The notes under the pieces are model-generated. The model had not been told where the DNA came from and searched no databases. It saw only the letters and a program-made list of their open reading frames with translations. The position numbers were made by a program, and so were the translations under genes. From Candidatus Fervidifonticultor sextus (GTDB lineage Bacteria > Sysuimicrobiota > Sysuimicrobiia > Sysuimicrobiales > Humicultoraceae), in the NCBI GenBank assembly GCA_031459875.1, contig JAVKHQ010000007.1, forward strand, positions 12,530 to 76,529: a DNA stretch of 64,000 bases, written 5' to 3'. Below, piece by piece: positions 13,764-22,805 of the stretch; within the stretch, counting starts at the first letter, position 1; the number at the start of each line of letters is the position of its first letter.

Positions 13764-16700
13764 ATGGCAGGGCCTGTCCCCTCCACCTGGGATCGGGAGC
13801 GAGACGCCTGCGGGGTCGGGTTCGTGGCCGACCGCCGCGGCCGGCGCAGCCATGCCATCCTGCGGCGGGCCCTGGCCGCGGTGGCGGCGATGAGCCATCG
13901 CGGCGCGGTGGCCGCCGACGCCAAGACCGGCGACGGCGCGGGGGTCCTGACGCACATCCCTTACACCCTGCTGCGCCGAGACCTGCGCTTGAGGACACCC
14001 AACGCCGACCTCGGCCTGGGGATGGTCTTCCTCCCGCAGGAGACCGACGCCGCGCGCCGGGCGTGGATGCTGATCGCCTCCACCCTGGAGGAGCATCACG
14101 TGCCGGTCCTCGGCTGGCGGCTGGTGCCGCTCGACCCGACGGCGCTGGGCGAGCATGCCCGCCGGACCATGCCGGAGATCACCCAGGTCGTCGTCGGCCG
14201 GCCCAAAGGGCACGACGATGAGGCCTTCGAGCGCACCCTCTACCGCGTGCGCCGCCTGATCGAGCGCCGGGCCGCGGCCGAAGGGCTGGGTGTCTACATC
14301 CCGTCCTTCTCGCACGCGACGGTGGTCTACAAGGGCCTCTTCGTCTCGCCGCAGTTGCCGAAGTTCTACCCCGACCTGGAGAACCCGGCATTCGAGACGG
14401 CCATCGCGGTCTTCCACCAGCGCTACAGCACCAACACCTTCCCGTCGTGGCCGCTGGCCCAGCCGTTCCGCCTGCTGGCGCACAACGGCGAGATCAACAC
14501 GCTCCAGGGCAACGTGACCTGGATGACCGCGCGCGAGGCGCTGCTGCGCTCCCCCCTGTGGCCCGAAGGCCTCGGCCGCGTGCTGCCGGTCATCCAGCCC
14601 GGCGGCAGCGATTCCGCCATGCTGGACAACGTGCTGGAACTGTTGACGCGCAGCGGCCGGGACCTCCTGCACGCCATGCTCATGCTGGTGCCCAGCGCCT
14701 GGGAAGGCATCCCCGACCTCCCCGAGGCGGTGCGCGCCTTCTTCGAGTTCCACGGGTGCCTGGTCGAGCCGTGGGACGGGCCGGCGGCGCTGGCCTTCTC
14801 CGACGGCCGGTACGCCGCGGCCGCGCTGGACCGCAACGGGCTGCGGCCGGCTCGGTACGTGATCACGCGGGACGGGCTGGTCGTGGTGGCCTCGGAGGCG
14901 GGCGTGCTGGACGTCCCGCCGGACCAGGTCGTGGAGAAGGGCCGGCTGGGACCCGGGCAGGTCCTCGCGGTCGACACCTTCAAGGGGATTGTGCTGCACG
15001 ACGAGGAGGTCAAGGGCCTGCTCGCCATGCGCAGGCCCTACGCCGACTGGCTGGAGCGCCACCTCATCAGGCTGGGCGCGTGCCGTGCCGCCGCGCCGCT
15101 GGAGGTCCCGCCCGATCTTGTGGCGCAGCAACGGGTCTTCGGCTTCACCGGCGAGGACCTCCACCGGGTGCTGCGGCCCATGGTCGAGGAGGGTAAGGAC
15201 CCGGTCTTCTCCATGGGCGACGACACGCCGCTCGCGGCGCTGACCGACCGGCCGCGCACGCTGGCGGACTACTTCCGGCAGCGGTTCGCTCAGGTGACCA
15301 ACCCGCCCATCGACCCGCTGCGCGAACGCCTGGTCATGTCGCTGGCCACCTACCTGGGGCCGCAGCGCAGCCTGCTGGAGGAGGATCCCCAACACGCCCG
15401 GCTCGTCCACCTGCCCTCGCCGGTCCTGACGGCCGAGATGGTGGAGGCGATCCGCGCCCACAGCCCGGCGCCGGTGGCGCGGCTGTCGGTGCTGTTTCCG
15501 GCCGCCTGCGGCCCCGGGGGGATGCGCGCCGCGCTGGAGGCGCTGCTCGATGCGGCCGCACAGGCGGTGCGCGGCGGCGCGGGCATCCTCATGCTGAGCG
15601 ATCGGGGCGCCACCCCGGAGCGGGCGCCGATCCCGATGCTGCTGGCCGTCTCGGCGGTCCACCACGGGCTGATCCGGGCGGGCCTGCGCGCGCGGTGCGG
15701 CCTGCTGGTCGAAGCCGGCGAGGCCAAGGACATCCACCAGATCGCGTGCCTGATCGGCTACGGTGCGAGCGGGGTCTATTCCTACCTGGTCCACCAGACC
15801 ATCGCCGCCGAGGCCGCCGACCCCCACGAGGCGCACCGGCGCATCGAGGTCTGGCGGCAGGCGGTCGAAGCCGGCCTCCTCAAGATCATGTCGAAGATGG
15901 GGATCAGCACCCTCTCGGCCTACCACGGCGCGCAGATCTTCGAGGCGGTCGGCCTGGCGCAGGACGTGATCGACCGCTACTTTCCGGGAACGCCGTCGCG
16001 CCTGGGCGGCGCGACCCTGGAGGACCTGGCCGCCACCGTGCTGGCCCGCCACGCCGGGGCCTACCGGACCAGCGGCCCGGTGCTGGAGACCGGATGGCTG
16101 CGCTTCCGCAAGGGCGGAGAATACCACGCGTTCAACCCGGAGGTCATCAAGGCCATCCATCGGATCGCCCGCGGCGAGGGATCGGGCAACGGGGACCCGC
16201 ACCGCCACCTCGCCGCGCTGGTCGAGGGCCGGCCGCCGACGGCGGTCCGCGATCTGCTGGAGTTCGTCCCCGGCGATCCCGTGCCCCTCGAAGAGGTCGA
16301 ACCCGCCTCACAGATCATCAGGCGCTTCGTCATCTCGGCGATGTCCCACGGCGCGCTCTCCCTGGAGGCCCACCAGACCCTGGCCATCGCCGCCAACCGG
16401 ATCGGCGCGCGGTCGAACTCCGGGGAAGGCGGCGAGGATCCTGCCCGCTATGCGCCCCGGCCGGATGGCGACTCGGCGAACAGCACCATCAAGCAGATCG
16501 CCTCGGCGCGCTTCGGGGTCACCCCCGCCTACGTCCGCTCGGCGGTGGAGCTCGAGATCAAGATGGCCCAGGGCAGCAAGCCGGGCGAGGGCGGCCAGCT
16601 CCCGGGCCACAAGGTCAGCGAGGAGATCGCGCGCATCCGGCGGTCCCAGCCCGGCATCACGCTGATCTCCCCGCCGCCCCACCACGACATCTACAGCATC

Positions 16701-18329
16701 GAGGATCTGGCCCAGTTGATCTACGACCTCAAGGCGGTCCACCCGCAGGCCCGGGTGGCGGTGAAGCTGGTCGCCGAGACCGGTGTCGGGACCATTGCGG
16801 CCGGGGTCGCCAAGGGGTACGCCGACACGATCCAGATCAGCGGGCTGGACGGCGGGACCGGCGCCTCGCCGCTGGATTCGATCAAGCACGCGGGACTGCC
16901 CTGGGAAATCGGCCTGGCCGAGACCCAGCGGGTGCTAATCGATAGCGGCCTGCGGGGCCGGGTGCGGCTGCGGGTGGACGGCGGCCTGAAGACCGCGCGG
17001 GACGTGGTCATCGCCGCGGCGCTGGGGGCCGATGAGTTCGGCTTCGGCAGCGCTGTGGTGACCGCGCTGGGGTGCGTGATGGCCCGCCAGTGCCACCTCA
17101 ACACCTGCCCGGTCGGCATCGCGACCCAGCGCGAGGACCTGCGCCGCAAGTTTCCGGGCACGCCGGAGCACGTGATCAACTTCCTGGTCGGGCTGGCAGA
17201 GCAGGTCCGCAGGCTGCTCGCGGACCTGGGCGTGCGCCGCCTGGACGAGATCATCGGCCGGGCCGACCGGCTGCGTCCCAGGATGCCCGGACGGTCCGGG
17301 CCCGAAAGGCCAAGGCCGGCAGCCTCCGGGGAACGGGAGCGCCCACGCCTTGATGTCGCGGCACTGCTCGCGAGTTATCCTCCGCCGCACGACGACCGGC
17401 CGCGCCGTTGTCTGGCCGAGCGCAACGCGCGCCCCGACGAGCCCTATGACGAGACCCACCTGATGCCGCTGCTGCCGGCGATCGAAGCCGGCCAGCCCGT
17501 GGAACTCCACCTGCCGCTACGCAACGTGCACCGCGCGGTCGCTTCCAGGCTGGCCGGGGCGATCGCGTCCCGATGGGGGGACGCCGGGCTCCCGGAGGGG
17601 TCGGTGCGCCTCCACTTTACCGGTGCCGCCGGCCAGTCGTTCGGCGCCTTCCTCCTCCCCGGCATGCACCTGCACCTGGTCGGCGAGGCCAACGACTACG
17701 TGGGCAAGAGCATGGCCGGCGGCGAGATCGTCCTGACTCCGCCGGCGCCGCTGCGGGCCGAGAGCCACCGCCACGTGATCGCGGGCAACACGCTCCTCTA
17801 CGGCGCGACCGGGGGTCGGTTCTTCGCCGCCGGCCGGGTCGGCGAACGCTTCGCCGTGCGCAACAGCGGCGCGGTGGCGGTCGTCGAGGGCGCGGGCGAC
17901 CACGCCTGCGAGTACATGACCGGCGGGGTCGTGGTGGTCCTGGGCGAGACCGGCCGGAACTTCGGCGCGGGCATGACGGGCGGCGAAGCGTTCGTCTACG
18001 ACGACGCCGGGACCTTCCCCCACCGGTACAACACGCAGCTCGTGACGATCACCCGGCTGACCCCCGACGATGCCGACCGTCTGCGCGACCTCGTGGCGGC
18101 GCACCACCGGGCGACCGGCAGCCGCCGCGCGCGGATGCTGCTCGGCAACTGGGAAGCCCACACGATGAAGTTCTGGAAGGTTGCCCCCAAGGCCCCGGAC
18201 AAGCCGGCGCCGGGCCCCGGGACCTCCGGCCGGGCGCGCGAGGGGGCGATGCCGGCGGGGCCCGCGACTGAACCTGCCGGCCTCGCCGTGATCCGGCACA
18301 GAGGGCTATCGCCCCAAGCGTGGGCCTAG
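13764..18329 (+). CDS. gltB: Glutamate synthase large subunit
   Basis: DACGVGF N-terminal nucleophile Cys, HQRYSTNT, AHNGEINT, KMAQGSKPGEGGQLPG, CVMARQCHLNTCPVG 3Fe-4S motif, C-terminal GXGXG repeats. Confidence 0.97.
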   Translation: MAGPVPSTWDRERDACGVGFVADRRGRRSHAILRRALAAVAAMSHRGAVAADAKTGDGAGVLTHIPYTLLRRDLRLRTPNADLGLGMVFLPQETDAARRAWMLIASTLEEHHVPVLGWRLVPLDPTALGEHARRTMPEITQVVVGRPKGHDDEAFERTLYRVRRLIERRAAAEGLGVYIPSFSHATVVYKGLFVSPQLPKFYPDLENPAFETAIAVFHQRYSTNTFPSWPLAQPFRLLAHNGEINTLQGNVTWMTAREALLRSPLWPEGLGRVLPVIQPGGSDSAMLDNVLELLTRSGRDLLHAMLMLVPSAWEGIPDLPEAVRAFFEFHGCLVEPWDGPAALAFSDGRYAAAALDRNGLRPARYVITRDGLVVVASEAGVLDVPPDQVVEKGRLGPGQVLAVDTFKGIVLHDEEVKGLLAMRRPYADWLERHLIRLGACRAAAPLEVPPDLVAQQRVFGFTGEDLHRVLRPMVEEGKDPVFSMGDDTPLAALTDRPRTLADYFRQRFAQVTNPPIDPLRERLVMSLATYLGPQRSLLEEDPQHARLVHLPSPVLTAEMVEAIRAHSPAPVARLSVLFPAACGPGGMRAALEALLDAAAQAVRGGAGILMLSDRGATPERAPIPMLLAVSAVHHGLIRAGLRARCGLLVEAGEAKDIHQIACLIGYGASGVYSYLVHQTIAAEAADPHEAHRRIEVWRQAVEAGLLKIMSKMGISTLSAYHGAQIFEAVGLAQDVIDRYFPGTPSRLGGATLEDLAATVLARHAGAYRTSGPVLETGWLRFRKGGEYHAFNPEVIKAIHRIARGEGSGNGDPHRHLAALVEGRPPTAVRDLLEFVPGDPVPLEEVEPASQIIRRFVISAMSHGALSLEAHQTLAIAANRIGARSNSGEGGEDPARYAPRPDGDSANSTIKQIASARFGVTPAYVRSAVELEIKMAQGSKPGEGGQLPGHKVSEEIARIRRSQPGITLISPPPHHDIYSIEDLAQLIYDLKAVHPQARVAVKLVAETGVGTIAAGVAKGYADTIQISGLDGGTGASPLDSIKHAGLPWEIGLAETQRVLIDSGLRGRVRLRVDGGLKTARDVVIAAALGADEFGFGSAVVTALGCVMARQCHLNTCPVGIATQREDLRRKFPGTPEHVINFLVGLAEQVRRLLADLGVRRLDEIIGRADRLRPRMPGRSGPERPRPAASGERERPRLDVAALLASYPPPHDDRPRRCLAERNARPDEPYDETHLMPLLPAIEAGQPVELHLPLRNVHRAVASRLAGAIASRWGDAGLPEGSVRLHFTGAAGQSFGAFLLPGMHLHLVGEANDYVGKSMAGGEIVLTPPAPLRAESHRHVIAGNTLLYGATGGRFFAAGRVGERFAVRNSGAVAVVEGAGDHACEYMTGGVVVVLGETGRNFGAGMTGGEAFVYDDAGTFPHRYNTQLVTITRLTPDDADRLRDLVAAHHRATGSRRARMLLGNWEAHTMKFWKVAPKAPDKPAPGPGTSGRAREGAMPAGPATEPAGLAVIRHRGLSPQAWA

Positions 18330-18902
18330 GGTGCTGGCTTCAGCAGTGACCCTCTGCAGCTCCTCGGCGACACCTTCGGTTCCCGCCCGCGCCTGAAGGT
18401 AGGCCGAATCCAGATCCCTGTGGAGGGCCAGGATCGCGATGCACCACTCGCGGGCCTCGGTGTCGTTCCAGTGCACCACGGCATTGAGCCGATCCACGAG
18501 CAGGTCTTCGATGCCGATAATCTGGATAGGTCCTTCGTCGGTGTCCACGCGTGTCAGCCGTGCGGGATCACCCGCCAGGGGAGGGGCCGGGAAGTCCACA
18601 ACCACGTCGGTTTCGACGTGGACCCACGCCCCGTCGTGGCGCTCGAATCCCAGCAGGGGGAGGACCTCCGCGATCCGCCGGGCGGACACGCTGGTCACCA
18701 GGTCGACGTCCCGGGAAAGGTACGCGCCCCCTGTGTAGAACGAGACCGCCGAGCCGCCCACGACCACGACCGAATCTCCGGTCTTGCCCAACACCCTGGC
18801 AATGACAGCGGCAGTGCGGAGTTGGACCTCCAGCGGGCTGGCCAGGTCCTTCAGCGCGGCCAGGTCCGCCCGCGCCCGCACGAGCAGGGGGTCCTCGCTC
18901 AT
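18306..18902 (-). CDS. Nucleotidyltransferase, Pol-beta superfamily (DUF6036/AbiEii/MenT-like)
   Basis: VVVVGGSAVSFY...SRDVDLV motif; later EDLLVDRL; 198 aa; ATG overlaps the upstream small-ORF stop (ATGA). Confidence 0.75.
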   Translation of the reverse strand: MSEDPLLVRARADLAALKDLASPLEVQLRTAAVIARVLGKTGDSVVVVGGSAVSFYTGGAYLSRDVDLVTSVSARRIAEVLPLLGFERHDGAWVHVETDVVVDFPAPPLAGDPARLTRVDTDEGPIQIIGIEDLLVDRLNAVVHWNDTEAREWCIAILALHRDLDSAYLQARAGTEGVAEELQRVTAEASTLGPRLGR

Positions 18903-19117
18903 AGGGTGCGGGGCGAAGAGACTAACCGGTAGGCGCGGGGGCCCTGCTTCACCAGCCGGGTTGCAAACGCACGCCGCCCGATCCGCAGCGAGAGTGCGCG
19001 CAGGGCCGCCGCCTCGCCAGGATCCCGCGGACGGCGACGAATGCCCCGGGGACGCAACGCCCGCGCGGGCATCGCTTCCCGCCAGAGTGAGCGGATCAGC
19101 CTGCGCAGTTCGCTCAC
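18899..19117 (-). CDS. Small basic hypothetical protein (72 aa), putative partner/antitoxin of the nucleotidyltransferase
   Basis: GGAGGG 7 nt before GTG; TGA overlaps downstream ATG by 4 nt. Confidence 0.65.
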   Translation of the reverse strand: MSELRRLIRSLWREAMPARALRPRGIRRRPRDPGEAAALRALSLRIGRRAFATRLVKQGPRAYRLVSSPRTL

Positions 19118-19202
19118 CGCGCATCCCTCCCGGATGTTCGCCCCGGCTTCCTGTTCCTACGGTACCGGAAGGCGAGGGGCAACGACAACCTTCGGCCGGG
19201 CG

Positions 19203-19700
19203 TTACGGGCGCGACCCGGCAAGCCGCCGCGCCTCGATCGCCCGGTGCACCCGCGCCATCACCGGCACGCCGCCTGCGATGAGGACCACCTCGCTCGCCA
19301 GCAGGGGCGGGAAGAGCACGCCGAAGGGAACCCGCAGGATCACCGAGAGCATCAGGCTCACGGCCGCGGCGATCACCAGCGCGTAGGCCAGAGCGCCGAT
19401 CCACGGAGCGCGCCGGCCGCCGAGCACGCACAGGGCGGCACCGACCAGATTGGCCAGCGGCATGAAGCCCAGTTCCCAGGGACCCACCTGGGGACTGGTC
19501 AGATTGCTGAGGAAGTTGCCGACGACGAAAGCGGCCACCAGGTGCGGCCGCCAGATCACCAGCGACTTGAGCGCCTCCGGCAGGCGGAACTGCACCGGGC
19601 CGTAGCTGATGGGGCCGAAGGCGATCGTCAGCGCCGCATAGGCCGCGGCGACCACACAGACCTCGGCCAGCGCCCGCAGCCCCCCGGCCCTGGCGGTCAC
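19203..19700 (-). CDS. queT: QueT-family queuosine precursor transporter
   Basis: AAAYAALT...ISYGPVQFRLPEAL...GNFLSNL pattern; 4 nt downstream of queF. Confidence 0.82.
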   Translation of the reverse strand: MTARAGGLRALAEVCVVAAAYAALTIAFGPISYGPVQFRLPEALKSLVIWRPHLVAAFVVGNFLSNLTSPQVGPWELGFMPLANLVGAALCVLGGRRAPWIGALAYALVIAAAVSLMLSVILRVPFGVLFPPLLASEVVLIAGGVPVMARVHRAIEARRLAGSRP

Positions 19701-19704
19701 AAAC

Positions 19705-20178
19705 CTACTCCCGTCGGCCTGCCCCTGCGCCCGCCTCTCCGGCAGGGCTCCCGGCGCCGCCGTCGGGCCAGCGGACCGTGACGGTCGTGTGGACGCCGCC
19801 CCGGATGTTGTAGTCCAGCACGAGTTCCATCCATTTAGGGTCGGTGGCGCCGACCAGGTCCAGGAGGATCCGGTTGGCGGCGTGTTCCTGATAGATGCCG
19901 ACGTTGCGGTAGGAGTGCAGGTAGTATTTGAGCGACTTGAGCTCGAGCACGCGCTCGCGGGGGACGTACCGGACGGTGAGCCGGCCGAAGTCCGGCAGCC
20001 CCGACCACGGGCAGACGGCGGTGAACTCTTCGGTGGAAATCTCCACCACGGCGTCGCTGCCTGGATACTCGTAGGGAAAGGTCTCGAGGCGCGCGGCATT
20101 GATCCGGTCGTAGCCCTCGATGTCCCACCGCTGCTCGCCGACGGCGGCGCCGGCAGCCTGGCTCCCGGAGCGGCTCAT
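19705..20178 (-). CDS. queF: NADPH-dependent preQ0 reductase, type I (short) QueF
   Basis: EFTAVCPWSGLPDFG catalytic Cys/Asp, QueF motif ELKSLKYYL, RGG. Confidence 0.9.
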   Translation of the reverse strand: MSRSGSQAAGAAVGEQRWDIEGYDRINAARLETFPYEYPGSDAVVEISTEEFTAVCPWSGLPDFGRLTVRYVPRERVLELKSLKYYLHSYRNVGIYQEHAANRILLDLVGATDPKWMELVLDYNIRGGVHTTVTVRWPDGGAGSPAGEAGAGAGRRE

Positions 20179-20214
20179 CTCGACACCTCCCCGTACTGGC
20201 GGTCCCTTGCCAGC

Positions 20215-20243
20215 ATCATACGCGCCTCCCGGGGCAGCGGCAA
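20215..20243 (-). promoter_or_regulatory. Sigma70 promoter for queF-queT
   Basis: Minus strand TTGCCG-17 nt-TATGAT; RBS GGGGAGG downstream. Confidence 0.65.
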
Positions 20244-20336
20244 CGGGCGGGCTCCCGCCGATAGGCCCGGAGGGCCGAGACGACGAACCATGAGCAATGG
20301 TCTCTCACTGAGAGTGGGAACAGCGAGGAGGATGCC

Positions 20337-22598
20337 ATGGCGGTCATCGGCAGGCCCACACGCCGCGTCGAGGGTCGGGAGAAGGTCACCGGCGCGGCCC
20401 GGTACACCGAGGACCTCCGGCTGCCCGGGATGCTCCACGCCCGGCTGCTCCTGAGCCCGCATCCGCGCGCCAGGGTCGTCCACCTGGACCGGAAGGCCGC
20501 GCTGGCAGTCGCCGGCGTCACTGCGGTCGTCGCGGCGGAGGACCTGGCTCCCCTTGGCGGGGAGGCGGAAGACCTGCTGGCCGGCGCGCTGACGCGGTAC
20601 ACGGGCGAACCCGTGGCGGTCGTGCTGGGCGAGACCGAGGCCGCCGCAGCGGACGGGTTGGAAGCCCTGCGCGGAGGCACCCGCTTCGAGCCGCTGCCGG
20701 CGGTGCTTACGATCGAGGAGGCCGTGCGAGAGGGTGCGCCGCTCGTCCGCGACTCCGCCGACGTCGAAGAAGGCGACACCCAGGCCCATGCCACCGTCGC
20801 GGTCGAGGTCAAGAAAGAGGCACGGCCCAGCAACATCGCCGACCGCGTGACGTTCTCCCGCGGCGATGCGGCTGCGGCGCTGCAGCAGGCCGAGGTCGTC
20901 ATCCGCCGCACCTACACCACCTCGCGCATCCACCAGGGGTACATCGAGCCGCAGGCGACGGTGGCCGTGCCCGACCCGGCCACCGGCGAACTGGTGATCT
21001 ACACCTCGACGCAGGGCTCGTTCTACGTGCGGTCGGAGGTGGCCAGGGCGCTGGGACTGTCCCAGCAGCAGGTCCGCGTCGTCCCCATGACCGTGGGCGG
21101 GGGGTTCGGCGGCAAGATCCTGGTCTTTCAACCGCTGGCGGGCGCGCTGGCGCTGCTCCTGCGGAGGCCCGTGCGCCTCGTGCTGACCCGCCACGAGGAC
21201 TTCATGGCCGCCGAGCCCGGCCCGGCTACACAGATCGAAGTGGAACTGGGCGCCACGCGGGGCGGCGACCTGACCGCGCTGCGGGCCAGGATGTGGTTCG
21301 ACTCGGGAGCCTCGCCCGGGTCGCCGCTGTCGGTCGCCGGCCTGATGCTGGGGGGCTACTACCGGTTCCCGCACCTGCACATCGAGGCGGTCGAGGTGCT
21401 CACCAACAAACCCCCCGCGGGCGCCTACCGCGCGCCCGGCGTGCCGCAGGCGACCTTCGCCATCGAGTCGGCGATGGACGAACTCGCACAGAGGCTCGGA
21501 GCGGATCCCGTGGCCTTTCGATTGCGGCACGCCTCGGCGCCCGGCGATCCGATGCCGCACGGCCGGGCCTGGCAGAAGATGAGCCTGCGCGAGGTCCTCG
21601 ACGCGCTCGACCGCCATCCCGCGCGCCGGCGGCCCCGGGGTCCCGGTGAGGGCATCGGCATCGCCATCGGCGGCTGGCCCGGCGGGCTGGAGTCCGCCAC
21701 CGCCTGCGTGCGCGCCAACACCGACGGCACGTTCCAGGTGATCATGGGGGCGGTGGACATCACGGGCACGGCCACCACGATGGCCCTCATCGCCGCCGAG
21801 GTGCTGGGCGTGGCGCCCGAGCGGATCCGGGTCGTCACGGCGGACACCAGCCAGGCGCCGTACGCCGGCATGTCGGGCGGCAGCAAGATCACCTACACGG
21901 TCGGCAAGGCAGTGCGCCTGGCCGCCGAGGACGCGCGCCGCCAGATCCTGGCCATCGCGGCCAGCCATCTGGAAGCGCGGCTCGACGACCTGGAGATCTC
22001 AGACGGGATCGTCCGGGTCAAGGGGTCGCCAACGTCGGCCCTCCCCCTGGCCGAGATCGCCGCCATGAGCATGAAGTTCGGGGCCAAGTACCCGCCGGTC
22101 TTCGGGCAGGGGTCCACGGCCATCACCCGGCAGTCCCCGGGGTTCGCCGGCCACCTGGTCCGGGTCCGGGTGGACCGCGAGACCGGGGAGGTCCGCATCC
22201 TGGAGTATGTCGTCGTGCAGGATGTCGGCTTCGCCATCAACCCGGCCGCAGTCGAGGGCCAGATGGTCGGCGGCGCGGCCCAGGGCGTCGGGTGGGGGCT
22301 GCTGGAGCAGATGCGCTACGACGAATCCGGCAACCTGCTCACCGGAACGTTCGCGGACTACGCCCTGCCCAGGGCTCCCCAGGTGCCCAGGGTCGAGACG
22401 ATCATCGTCGAGGTCCCCTCCGAGGAAGGGCCGTTCGGGGCCAAGGGCGTCGGCGAGCCGCCGGTCATTCCCGCCGCCGCGGCGATCGCCAACGCCGTGG
22501 CCGATGCGATCGGAGCCCGGATCACGGCACTGCCGATCACGCCCGGGCGCATCTTCCTGGCGCTGCAGGACCAGGACGGCCGCCCGGCGACAGGATGA
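20337..22598 (+). CDS. Xanthine dehydrogenase/CoxL-family molybdopterin-binding subunit
   Basis: KVTGAARYTEDL, VGGGFGGK, GAYRAPG, GQMVGGAAQGVG, GAKGVGEP. Confidence 0.92.
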   Translation: MAVIGRPTRRVEGREKVTGAARYTEDLRLPGMLHARLLLSPHPRARVVHLDRKAALAVAGVTAVVAAEDLAPLGGEAEDLLAGALTRYTGEPVAVVLGETEAAAADGLEALRGGTRFEPLPAVLTIEEAVREGAPLVRDSADVEEGDTQAHATVAVEVKKEARPSNIADRVTFSRGDAAAALQQAEVVIRRTYTTSRIHQGYIEPQATVAVPDPATGELVIYTSTQGSFYVRSEVARALGLSQQQVRVVPMTVGGGFGGKILVFQPLAGALALLLRRPVRLVLTRHEDFMAAEPGPATQIEVELGATRGGDLTALRARMWFDSGASPGSPLSVAGLMLGGYYRFPHLHIEAVEVLTNKPPAGAYRAPGVPQATFAIESAMDELAQRLGADPVAFRLRHASAPGDPMPHGRAWQKMSLREVLDALDRHPARRRPRGPGEGIGIAIGGWPGGLESATACVRANTDGTFQVIMGAVDITGTATTMALIAAEVLGVAPERIRVVTADTSQAPYAGMSGGSKITYTVGKAVRLAAEDARRQILAIAASHLEARLDDLEISDGIVRVKGSPTSALPLAEIAAMSMKFGAKYPPVFGQGSTAITRQSPGFAGHLVRVRVDRETGEVRILEYVVVQDVGFAINPAAVEGQMVGGAAQGVGWGLLEQMRYDESGNLLTGTFADYALPRAPQVPRVETIIVEVPSEEGPFGAKGVGEPPVIPAAAAIANAVADAIGARITALPITPGRIFLALQDQDGRPATG

Positions 22599-22805
22599 GC
22601 CCCCGCCCCAGACGGTGGGGACGGCGCCGTTGGGCCGCACCCGGTGCGGCATCCGGCGCCTGGATTCGCCGAGGCCGTCGCCCGATGATGGAGGATGGCC
22701 GGGGTGGGCGTCGAATTTTCTATTTTGGTCCGTAGGGGCCGGCGGACAACACCGGAGACCGCCGCCCGCCGCAGACCAATCTCGGATGTTCCACGGAGGT
22801 GAAAG

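Noticed and set aside
20179-20214. Possible preQ1 riboswitch before queF
   Set aside because: Only a 5-bp hairpin with a purine-rich loop; lacks the U/C-rich loop and A-rich 3' tail of preQ1-I and does not resemble classes II or III
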